Virus record (IMG/VR): IMGVR_UViG_3300046370_000202
DNA length: 64,000 bases
Source: a virus
Reading direction: 5' to 3' (one strand)
Shown: positions 53,286 to 61,988 of the stretch, piece by piece
Position numbering within the stretch: the first letter of the stretch is position 1
How the letters are laid out: each line of letters opens with the position of its first letter
Position numbers and translations under genes: made by a program
The notes under the pieces: model-generated
Seen by the model: the letters and a program-made list of their open reading frames with translations, nothing else
Told to the model about the DNA's origin: nothing
Database searches by the model: none

Positions 53286-54608
53286 TTAATCAAGTGGTCC
53301 AGGCGCATACAGAGAAACTCCAAATAAATCGTGAGGCACATATTCAGAATATGGTTGCGTGATTGTTTTTAAAGGCGAAGACAAGTTGTTTATATCAAAA
53401 ACACGAACTGTGCCTGGTCTATCCGGAATTTCTGGAGTACCTTCATTAGAAGAAGCTATAAGTTTATCACCAACAACTTTAACTGCATTCCCAAACTCTG
53501 GATTCCAAGCAGGAGTGCCTAAACTGTCTCTGGTAATGCCCAAGTCAAATCCTGAAAGAGTAGTTGGTGTCGCAGATGGATCGTCGTGAGGCCAAATATA
53601 AACTCTACCCGCAGTCAAGTAGTCACCATTAACGTCTTGGCCGTCAAACAGGTGAAAACCGGTAACAAAGTGAGTATCATTTAAAGCGTTTTGCACGCTT
53701 GAGTACTGAGCTTCATTAGGTTCCGCATAATACCTGTTTTTTAATTCTGCGGATAAGATAAATTCATAAAGTGGGGGATTCAATGGGTTGTTTGAATCAT
53801 AGACGTATATATTTCCAACACCAGCGCATCCTACTACAAACTTAGATCCGTCTACAGATAAATCAAGTGATTTTGCAAACTGACTATATTTAAAGGGCCC
53901 CTCAGGTTGTTCAACTAATGTTGGTGGTGATGATAAATCGTTTCTATCGTAAACCCACATAGCACCTGAGTACAGGTAGTTTGCACTGTCTAAGTTGTGT
54001 GAGTAACCCAGTTCACTGAGTACAATATGATTGGGAAGAACAAGTGCAGTTCTACCAAAGGAGAATCCATCTACTGGTTCTGAGATTTCTATAGGGTCGG
54101 CTGAAAGATCGTTCATATCATACAAATATGCAATTCCGCCACTCCAACAGCTCACCAGAAGAGAATCTTCATCGCCTGAAAGAGAAAGACCAAACTGCAT
54201 ATATTCAGTTGGATTTGAAGGCGATAATGTTGTGACGAGTTGATTTAAATCATTGACATCATAAACATAAACCACGCCTTGGCTGCTTACGGTCTCTGAG
54301 TCAACCCCCCTACTCCCAATAAAAAGGTACTTTGAAGATCTATATGCCGAACTTCCATATTGACCACCTTCCGTTGAAGAAACCTTTATAATAGGTTCTT
54401 GTGTAAGGTCATCTAGGTCATAGATGTATACCGAACCATCATTAATAGGACCATTTTCTGGAGTGTCATCGTATTGTGATAACAAGAAAAGTGGATTTGT
54501 TGACAATGGTATCGGAGGTTCTGGTGGTGCAACATAGTTCTCGTTAGTGCCTGGAGTAAACGTAACGTTTCCAAATACTGAAGTGCCTGGTCTTAATTTG
54601 AATCCCAT
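53286..54608 (-). CDS. FG-GAP-like beta-propeller virion protein
   Basis: Degenerate FG...G.VYVYD.NDL repeats. Confidence 0.75.
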   Translation of the reverse strand: MGFKLRPGTSVFGNVTFTPGTNENYVAPPEPPIPLSTNPLFLLSQYDDTPENGPINDGSVYIYDLDDLTQEPIIKVSSTEGGQYGSSAYRSSKYLFIGSRGVDSETVSSQGVVYVYDVNDLNQLVTTLSPSNPTEYMQFGLSLSGDEDSLLVSCWSGGIAYLYDMNDLSADPIEISEPVDGFSFGRTALVLPNHIVLSELGYSHNLDSANYLYSGAMWVYDRNDLSSPPTLVEQPEGPFKYSQFAKSLDLSVDGSKFVVGCAGVGNIYVYDSNNPLNPPLYEFILSAELKNRYYAEPNEAQYSSVQNALNDTHFVTGFHLFDGQDVNGDYLTAGRVYIWPHDDPSATPTTLSGFDLGITRDSLGTPAWNPEFGNAVKVVGDKLIASSNEGTPEIPDRPGTVRVFDINNLSSPLKTITQPYSEYVPHDLFGVSLYAPGPLD

Positions 54609-54634
54609 TTTAGTTTCCGTTATCTTTAATTAGA

Positions 54635-54907
54635 TTACGCCAAATCCTTATCGTGATTTAGGCCGCCTTTTTTCTTTTTAACAATGAACGCGTTGACTCG
54701 CGCCATTCCCCATTGTTGCGGTGTGGTGCCAGGCCGATGACCTGTCTTCCACGCAGCAACTCCACGATTATAAACTTTTCTCAAGGTATCTGGTGAGATA
54801 CCCGACTTCTTCGCCTTCGCAGCGATACCATCCGGACCTTCGTCCAGATCAATACTATCATATACTGAATATCGTTTTTCGTCAAGATAGTTTTTAAAAG
54901 ATATCAT
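54635..54907 (-). CDS. Putative internal head protein
   Basis: MISFKNYLDE leader; KAKKSGI...LRKVYNRGVAAWKTGHRPGTTPQQWGMARVN. Confidence 0.7.
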   Translation of the reverse strand: MISFKNYLDEKRYSVYDSIDLDEGPDGIAAKAKKSGISPDTLRKVYNRGVAAWKTGHRPGTTPQQWGMARVNAFIVKKKKGGLNHDKDLA

Positions 54908-56241
54908 GCCAATTTCCTTATCATTCCCGCAAGTACTTTTGCGTCAATATCTAGACTGAACTTGCGAATGGTATCTGCGGCTGCAAACTCCGGAGACGTG
55001 TACTTACCCTTTTGCATCTCACGTTTAATGTGTTGCGCCACTTTGCGATATTTGTCTTTATTTATAGTTTTTGAACCGACACGATTCATTAAATCGGTCA
55101 CCCAGTTCTCAATTAAATCAGTGCTTTCTGGTACACAGTCCGGTACCATCTTCTTACCCTTCTTCTTCATACCGACTTGTTTGTAACCGTCCCAGCAATC
55201 TTCGTCGTACATATCCTTGAACGACTTGGTATACTTGGATGGTTTAGTCTTGGCGGTCTTATCTCCAGGCGCAGGTTTATAGGCAGATGAATCGTCGTCA
55301 TCTTTCTTGCCGTGTTTCTTGAAGTGCGCATCGCGCTTTGCTTTGGTGGACTTCTTCAGTCCGGAGTGATATCGTGCAGGCTGAGTACCCTCACGATCTT
55401 TGATGTCTGGATCTTGTTTCTCAACAAGCTCAACAGAATCTAACCACTTGCGTAGTTTCTTACCGTCAGATGTTTCTACGATAACGTAGTTCGCACCTAG
55501 AACGGATACGGTAGCGATCTCTTCAGATTCTTTAATAACTACCGTATCACCAACTCCAAACAGTTCACCCGAAACATATTGTTCACGAGTTTCTGATACT
55601 GTTTCTAGTTCTAAGTGATTACGGAATTCGCTGGCTTCCTTGAGTCCCATACCTGTACGCACGTCGTTGAATAACTTACGTGTGTCTGGGTTTGACATAG
55701 ACTTAGGAACGCCCTGAGAGAATGCAACGAAATCATTCTTTGACGCGTTCTCTCTTTGTTTAGAGGCAGACATACCCTCTACGCCGCTAGCGTCCGGATC
55801 TCTCTTACCTGCAGATACTATCTTAATGCTTTTAAAATTGTAAAAACCATGTCTTGCTTTCTGTCCGTTGTATTTGTTCAACAGGACTTCGAATTCTGTA
55901 ATACGATCTGCACCGACAACCATAGTAACTGACTTGTAACCTTGGTTGTACAGTGTGACCATTGCGTTGATAGCGGTCTTGACAGACTTATCAACCATGA
56001 CGTTCCGTGCATGTTTTGGAAACATCTTGCGAGTGTGTTTGATTTTGTCGGTATACGACAGAGGATTCTTTTTCGCGTCTTGGGATTGTGACACGAAGAC
56101 TTTATAGTCAGCTTTGCCTGACTTCTGCGCTAACGCGTCCATCACCTTACCGTGTCCTACGGTAGGTGGGTTCATACGTCCGAATGTAAAGTAGACCTCG
56201 CGTTCTTCTTCAACGAGGTACTGACTGAAATTCTTAATCAC
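54904..56241 (-). CDS. Cytidyltransferase-like (HIGH-superfamily) protein with C-terminal modules
   Basis: FTFGRMNPPTVGH...KNPL...VVGADR...SAGKRDPD...GMSASK. Confidence 0.85.
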   Translation of the reverse strand: MIKNFSQYLVEEEREVYFTFGRMNPPTVGHGKVMDALAQKSGKADYKVFVSQSQDAKKNPLSYTDKIKHTRKMFPKHARNVMVDKSVKTAINAMVTLYNQGYKSVTMVVGADRITEFEVLLNKYNGQKARHGFYNFKSIKIVSAGKRDPDASGVEGMSASKQRENASKNDFVAFSQGVPKSMSNPDTRKLFNDVRTGMGLKEASEFRNHLELETVSETREQYVSGELFGVGDTVVIKESEEIATVSVLGANYVIVETSDGKKLRKWLDSVELVEKQDPDIKDREGTQPARYHSGLKKSTKAKRDAHFKKHGKKDDDDSSAYKPAPGDKTAKTKPSKYTKSFKDMYDEDCWDGYKQVGMKKKGKKMVPDCVPESTDLIENWVTDLMNRVGSKTINKDKYRKVAQHIKREMQKGKYTSPEFAAADTIRKFSLDIDAKVLAGMIRKLA

Positions 56242-56609
56242 TTTTCTGCGCCGCCCTGTCTCTTAGCTCTCTTTCTATCTATCTCTTGGCGACGAACCGT
56301 TTTCATCAACTTACGTGACTGACGGTCTATTCGTGATTGTACAGCAGGTCTCGCTAAACGCTTCTCGATTTCTTTCTTACGAGCAATAGACATATCACCT
56401 TTGTCTTGACCTTTGGTGATTTTTGATACCATCGCCTTTCTTGCTTGACGACGTGCACGTTTCTGAAGAACCTCTTTCGAAGCCATCTTACGTTCTGCGC
56501 GTTTGCGACCTAGTGCAATACGAGTTTTATTCTTTTTCATTTTCATAGCGAGCTTGCGACGTTGGGTCGCATCAAGCACTTCGCTTACGAACTGTTTAAA
56601 CGATAGCAT
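56238..56609 (-). CDS. Very basic putative internal head protein
   Basis: MLSFKQFVSE leader; R/K-rich helical body. Confidence 0.7.
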   Translation of the reverse strand: MLSFKQFVSEVLDATQRRKLAMKMKKNKTRIALGRKRAERKMASKEVLQKRARRQARKAMVSKITKGQDKGDMSIARKKEIEKRLARPAVQSRIDRQSRKLMKTVRRQEIDRKRAKRQGGAEK

Positions 56610-56641
56610 AACTATCTTATCCCCTATTGGTTTATTCCATG

Positions 56642-57862
56642 TTATCTACGAGCTGAATCCCAACCCTTTAATATATCGGACGAAAAGTTGTTGTATGAAA
56701 ATTCCATACGGTCAACCAATTTCACCGCGTCACCACCAAGTGTATCAATTGCAACATATCCTTCTTCGCCAGTCACTTTGTAACCATTAGAAGTTTTCAC
56801 GAAAGTATCAATCGATTTAAGTTTGTCCAAACTATTTATAAGTTTTAATTTCACTAATACGATCAATTTTTGCAACTCAAACATTTTTACTAGGTTTGCC
56901 TTGTTTGTGGCAGAGAAAAACTCCATCTCATCCTTCATTTTGGCAATCCAATTGTCCTTACCTCGCTGAGATTTCTTACTTGCAATCTCTTTTGCGTAGT
57001 AGGCTTGTCTGTTACTTATCAGTCCGTTAACGTGCTTTCTTGAGTCCGGAAGTACTGTACCCGCACGAACGAATGAGTTATTGTATGTCTCGATTGACTG
57101 TGCGAACTCGGGGTTGTCCGCGACAGTTTTCAAGGTAGTTGCAGAAGTCTGTTTGAATAGACGACCTATCTGTGTTAGTAAATCATTGACCGATTTGGTT
57201 TCGCGTTCAGTCATTGTAGCTTTAGTCGCATCTTTTAACATCGCATCTTGTGACCATACGTTGCGTGACTTTCGCAACTTACTGACATCAACACCGTAGT
57301 CTGCTTTCATGTTCTCAAAAGATGTACCCGTGTATGTTGTGTGCCATACGATACCGATCTTAGCGGCACGTACTTCTTTCGCTTGATCATAGGGAACTGC
57401 GTATGCGATTGTGTTTGGGTGAAATACGCTGTACTTCTGACCGTCAATGGTCTTAGTAGTGACATCTCCATCACCGAATAAAAAGTCGCCTTGAATGACG
57501 CCTTTGATGCCTAGAGCTGGTAAATACTTGAGCGCGTCTTTCAACTTAGAGTTTAGATCGCCCGACGTATCAGCATCAATGTCTGCGTCGGTCTTATAGA
57601 CCTTTGGGTTCTTGTTGAAGATGCCTTTCTTAGCAACGAAGAACTCGCCGTCTGAAGGATCGGTACCACAGAAGATCGCAGGCGCACCGTCCCACTTTAC
57701 AGAGATGCGACCTTTTGATGTGCCAGATAACATATCGCGTAGTCCACGCAAGGCATTGATTGCCTGACGCGTCCCGTCAACTCCACCGTACAGGACCTTG
57801 TCCTCGATGTGAGTCATATGCGTATTCTTTTGTTCTGTGATAAAGTTACTGAAGTTTTCCAT
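56642..57862 (-). CDS. Conserved T4-like protein with nucleotidyltransferase/ligase-like motifs
   Basis: KNTHMTHIED...VKWDGAPA...QGDFLF...FHPNTIAY...EGYV...VKLVDRMEFS; start refined to MENFSNFITE. Confidence 0.7.
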   Translation of the reverse strand: MENFSNFITEQKNTHMTHIEDKVLYGGVDGTRQAINALRGLRDMLSGTSKGRISVKWDGAPAIFCGTDPSDGEFFVAKKGIFNKNPKVYKTDADIDADTSGDLNSKLKDALKYLPALGIKGVIQGDFLFGDGDVTTKTIDGQKYSVFHPNTIAYAVPYDQAKEVRAAKIGIVWHTTYTGTSFENMKADYGVDVSKLRKSRNVWSQDAMLKDATKATMTERETKSVNDLLTQIGRLFKQTSATTLKTVADNPEFAQSIETYNNSFVRAGTVLPDSRKHVNGLISNRQAYYAKEIASKKSQRGKDNWIAKMKDEMEFFSATNKANLVKMFELQKLIVLVKLKLINSLDKLKSIDTFVKTSNGYKVTGEEGYVAIDTLGGDAVKLVDRMEFSYNNFSSDILKGWDSARR

Positions 57863-57863
57863 A

Positions 57864-59267
57864 TTAGTATAGTTTCGCAAATGGTCCAAATAGATCGCCC
57901 TTTTTCTGACCAAGATATGAGATATCAGATAAAAGGTCGCTTACTTTATTAATGTCACGTATCGTAAATATCTCATTAAGCAAATCCAACTGCATCAACT
58001 TACTATTCGCAACAGCTCTTTCATTGTCGTTCTTCGAACTGTCAAACACTGTTCGCATGTTATCAATAAATTCTTTTTCTGACTTGATATTCATTTCAAC
58101 ACGACCTGTACGATTAAGTGATTTAAATCGCCCGACGTGAACGTCCTGTTCTTTCAAAAAATCTTCTAGACTTTGGGGATATTTTCTCCAAGATCTCCAC
58201 CGATCATAATTTTTGACACCATAAGATCTAAGTGCCGCAGAGACCATGTCTAGTGGCGCTTTACCTAGTCTCGCGGCCCGCGCACTAACATCGGTACCTT
58301 CAATCTTTAAGTTGTTGAATCCACGCGAGTTCTGTCTTATCTGAAAGTTGATGGTTACCTTGCTCGACGCAATCTGAAAAGACGATTCTGTGTTAACAAA
58401 AGAAGTGCCTGACAGAGACAGATTTAATTTTGATTCTTGAAAATCAAACCGATATTCATCGCCGTCAAATAGGTCTTCTCCATCAAAGTTTACCAGTTCC
58501 CATCTTGCAGTTTTACCGGACATCTTCTTCAAAGAAATGCCTACGACTTGACGACTGTTGAACATATCTTGAAGAATTGCATTAAACTCTGGAAGCGATG
58601 TTGAGTTATCCCTAATTTTTGAGTCTAGGTCTCGTTTCGCCTTTGATAAATCTGCGACCAACCAAATGTCAGCCGGGTTCCACGTATCTTTTTGTGTTAT
58701 GCCATACAACTCTTTACAAGTGTCTGTGATGTAATCCATGAACCCGCCATCACGACTGTAGTGACCATACTGTGTATTGCCAACTTTCTGTTGTGTCAAC
58801 TTCTGTTGTTCAAAGAAAACATTCTCCCAGTATTCGTCCATGGCAGGATATTCTTTCAAGAGATCTTCACGATATAGTTTTAAAAACGTTTCTTTATTAG
58901 TATATCCATTTTTCTCAATACCTTTCTGAATCGCTAACAAACTGGCTCGTTCTTGCATCGCAGTGGTCTTACCGTCTGGTTTACCACTTTTTCCGCCCAT
59001 TCCACTAAACGGCGACTTGTCTATTTCGGTCCACTTATATCCATTGAATATAGGCGCATAGTTATTTCCAGACTTTGCCGAAACATTGACCTGAGTTATG
59101 TTTTGTTTCTCTACAGCAGACACAAACTTTTTGACTAAGTCTGTCTGATTGATTACTTGAGAAACATTGCCCTTAAACTTAACAGGTTCACCATTAGTGA
59201 TTTTGTCAGCAAGCATGTTTAAGTATGGCTTAGAAAACTTGAAGTCCCCGCCAGCAAGCATTGCCAT
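57864..59267 (-). CDS. Putative PD-(D/E)XK endonuclease
   Basis: TAMQE...KDTWNPADIWLV...VGISLKK; late promoter at about 59311. Confidence 0.55.
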   Translation of the reverse strand: MAMLAGGDFKFSKPYLNMLADKITNGEPVKFKGNVSQVINQTDLVKKFVSAVEKQNITQVNVSAKSGNNYAPIFNGYKWTEIDKSPFSGMGGKSGKPDGKTTAMQERASLLAIQKGIEKNGYTNKETFLKLYREDLLKEYPAMDEYWENVFFEQQKLTQQKVGNTQYGHYSRDGGFMDYITDTCKELYGITQKDTWNPADIWLVADLSKAKRDLDSKIRDNSTSLPEFNAILQDMFNSRQVVGISLKKMSGKTARWELVNFDGEDLFDGDEYRFDFQESKLNLSLSGTSFVNTESSFQIASSKVTINFQIRQNSRGFNNLKIEGTDVSARAARLGKAPLDMVSAALRSYGVKNYDRWRSWRKYPQSLEDFLKEQDVHVGRFKSLNRTGRVEMNIKSEKEFIDNMRTVFDSSKNDNERAVANSKLMQLDLLNEIFTIRDINKVSDLLSDISYLGQKKGDLFGPFAKLY

Positions 59268-59313
59268 GTAATAGTCTCCGTAATTACTTTATCGTAAGTA
59301 TAACAGACACTAT

Positions 59314-59991
59314 TTATATGTCAAGGGCATTTCCAGAATTTTCTGCATTATATTGCGCAATTGTGTCGCGGAGAGGACGAACCCAATTGTCTCTATGTTC
59401 AATAAAGACTTGTGGTTCGTGGTTGTCTACAGAAATGATGGTGACTAGTTGGGTGATGGGCCTTCCCGTCCGTTCTTCCCACATAATAGCGTAGGCGGAC
59501 TCTTGCATGAAATAGTTTTTGACCCATTCAAGTCGTTTTGGTTTAAGTGAGGTTTTAAAGTCGATGATAGACAACTTACCATCAAACTCAGCAACACAGT
59601 CCACACGACCAGCCACACCCAGATGATTGGAGTAGAGAGGTGCTTCCTGTGCAAATACTCTGCCAATGCGGCTATCGAGAATGGGCTGAAGATCAAGGAA
59701 ACTACTAATAATATCTGGAGTATATCCATTTTTGAAACTCTCTTCATTGTTGATGTATTTCTCAACCACTTCATGGACTGCAGTACCGCGTGTAGATGCG
59801 CGATGAGAAATGCGGTTTGCTTCTTCGTTACCGACTTTTTTACGCCACTTTGCGATAGACTCGCGTGAAAGTATAGAGAGTACGGTGGTTATAGAGGGAA
59901 GGTTGATACCTTCGGGCGTTTTATACTCACGGCGACCATTGCGGTTCTCCGTTTTCATTTCAGTCAATTCAATAGGTACATGTTCAAACAT
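59314..59991 (-). CDS. PD-(D/E)XK exonuclease
   Basis: PSITTVL...RGTAVHEVVE...EAPLYS...AGRVDCVAEFDGKLSIIDFKTS...YFMQESAYA. Confidence 0.88.
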   Translation of the reverse strand: MFEHVPIELTEMKTENRNGRREYKTPEGINLPSITTVLSILSRESIAKWRKKVGNEEANRISHRASTRGTAVHEVVEKYINNEESFKNGYTPDIISSFLDLQPILDSRIGRVFAQEAPLYSNHLGVAGRVDCVAEFDGKLSIIDFKTSLKPKRLEWVKNYFMQESAYAIMWEERTGRPITQLVTIISVDNHEPQVFIEHRDNWVRPLRDTIAQYNAENSGNALDI

Positions 59992-60149
59992 TATCTATAA
60001 TTATCCAAGTCATTTTCATCTATGGATCTTCGCTCTCTTCTCACGAGGTATGATAAAAAGATTACACTGGAGACTAATATAACTCCAATGGTAGCAAAGA
60101 AATATAATAAGAATTCTAACATAAAAACTCTCACTTGTCAATAGCAAAA

Positions 60150-60312
60150 GATCCCCACAAGTACGGCGCCTTTTAGACATTTTGTTTGGTGAAACTTGAT
60201 ATAACTCTGCTGGCATTTTTACATGCACGATTTGAGAGATCTGCAGATCTTATCAGTGCGCCCGTGCGCAAAATTCACTCTATGTCAGACTAACCGTACT
60301 CTGTGGGGGAAC
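60150..60312 (-). ncRNA. Candidate ncRNA of about 165 nt directly 3' of tRNA-Ala
   Basis: Ends pair (CCCCACAGAGTACGG / CCGTACTTGTGGGG) with nested helices inside. Confidence 0.5.
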
Positions 60313-60388
60313 TGGTGGAGCTAGAGGGAGTCGAACCCACGACCTCTTGAATGCAAATCAAGCGCTCTCCCAACTGAGCTATAGCCCC
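60313..60388 (-). tRNA. tRNA-Ala (TGC)
   Basis: GGGGCTATAGCTCAG...TTTGCAT...TTCGA...TAGCTCCACCA; G3:U70 pair; late promoter at 60399-60406. Confidence 0.95.
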
Positions 60389-60418
60389 CTTATCTGTCTA
60401 TTTATACCACATTAATAT

Positions 60419-60486
60419 TGGAGCGGAGCGTAGGAACTTCCCCTACCTCAGCGAGGGGTACTCGCCGACTCAATACTGAACTCCGC
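60419..60486 (-). ncRNA. Non-canonical tRNA-Gly-like RNA (68 nt, CCA end)
   Basis: 7-bp acceptor stem GCGGAGT/GCTCCGC, U73, CCA; minimal D arm; T arm with GGAAGTT loop. Confidence 0.7.
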
Positions 60487-60492
60487 AAAACT

Positions 60493-61905
60493 TTAGTCGC
60501 ACCCAAGTTCTTGACGCGACACTTCATCGTTGTTGATAGGACAGTTGCCACTTGGTAACGACTCTGGCACATATCGCATCAACTCTGGATCATGCAAACC
60601 GTTCTCAAGGAACGCAACAAGGTTTGCAATCTCATCTTCGGTCAAGTCTAACGGCGTGAACCGATAGTCAAGGTCATACGTCTCCACTTGTGGGTGTTGG
60701 GGAACCGCATCAACTTTATATCGCACGACATCCTCTACACTAGAGAACGACGCACCGTGACCGAATACAGTAGTATCTATAAGGTTGTAAAGAGGCGGAA
60801 CTTTGAACGCAAACTTCTCCATCTCATCACCAGTGAATCCACCACGACCCTCTCTAGTCGCATCGTTGACTTCACCGACCGTGTCTTCCCAGATATCTAA
60901 ATCGTGGAAACCGACAGTCATAAACACTTCGTCTGCCATCGCACCAACGGGAGATGACAACGCAGGTCCGTTATGACACGCATAACAGTTACCCTTACCG
61001 AAGAACACTTCCGCACCAGCGACTTCAGATTCAGTCATCGCAGTTTCGTCACCTTTCAAGTATGCTTGGAAGGGTGCTTGATTCGCAAGAATAGTCCGTT
61101 CGTATGCGGCGATCGCTAGTGCAGTTGCCTCTAACATATCGTCGGGTTCTGCAACACCGTAGGCAGCTTCAAACATCTCACGATAAGTTTCGTTAGTGCG
61201 CAGGATAGAATCATCTGTGTCACCCTGACGATGCACACCTAGACCCGCAACTGCTTGTGTCTCTAGACCAGCAAAGTTGCGTAGGTTTGCTTCTTTCGGA
61301 GTACCTTCTGTGAAGTGACGATCGGGATCAATACCAACATTGACATTACCCGCAATCACATTACCTAACTGACCATTCCACAACATCACTTCTTGGAATG
61401 CCGTGTTGAGTACAGTGGGTGTTGCAACAGGTTGCACATCGATGTCTTCGGGATTGACACCCTCAGCGATCATGCGATGATCAAAACCGACACCACCTTC
61501 ACCTATACCCTGACGAATACCAGACTTGAATCCGTTTTGGGCATTGTGACATGACGCGCACGAGAATGTACCTTCACTGGACGCAATGTCGCCTTCAGTG
61601 ATACCAGTCTCATGATAGATTAACTTACCTAGTGCAACTTTCTCTGCAGTAATAGGATTACTTGGGTCTTGCGGAATGTTATCGAAGTCATCACTGTCGG
61701 GAAGGATGTATTCTTCGTATGAACCTGTCGTTGATGTGGAGTCAAGTAACGTGAGTAGATTGTCACGTGCCTCGACTGCTGGATCAACAGGTGTTACAGT
61801 TGGGGGAGTCACGACCACAGGGTCGGGGGCGGATGCGTTATCTGCTCCGCCAGAACATGCACTCAGGAGTGCCGTAGACACAGCTACAGTTAGTAGTTTC
61901 TTCAT
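60493..61905 (-). CDS. Di-heme cytochrome c peroxidase/MauG-family lipoprotein
   Basis: LLSAC lipobox; NPITAEKVALGK; CASCH and CYACH heme motifs; FKVPPLYNL...GHGASF. Own promoter TTGACA-18-TATACT at about 61950-61979. Confidence 0.9.
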   Translation of the reverse strand: MKKLLTVAVSTALLSACSGGADNASAPDPVVVTPPTVTPVDPAVEARDNLLTLLDSTSTTGSYEEYILPDSDDFDNIPQDPSNPITAEKVALGKLIYHETGITEGDIASSEGTFSCASCHNAQNGFKSGIRQGIGEGGVGFDHRMIAEGVNPEDIDVQPVATPTVLNTAFQEVMLWNGQLGNVIAGNVNVGIDPDRHFTEGTPKEANLRNFAGLETQAVAGLGVHRQGDTDDSILRTNETYREMFEAAYGVAEPDDMLEATALAIAAYERTILANQAPFQAYLKGDETAMTESEVAGAEVFFGKGNCYACHNGPALSSPVGAMADEVFMTVGFHDLDIWEDTVGEVNDATREGRGGFTGDEMEKFAFKVPPLYNLIDTTVFGHGASFSSVEDVVRYKVDAVPQHPQVETYDLDYRFTPLDLTEDEIANLVAFLENGLHDPELMRYVPESLPSGNCPINNDEVSRQELGCD

Positions 61906-61988
61906 AATATAAGAGCCTCTCAATACTCTATTTCAAGTTTCGATAAGAAGTATACTACATTATGCTAGGGGTTGTCAAGTGTGAATAA

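Noticed and set aside
59314-59991. Cas4/CRISPR association
   Set aside because: Ordinary T4-like PD-(D/E)XK exonuclease; no Fe-S cysteine set and no array in the window.
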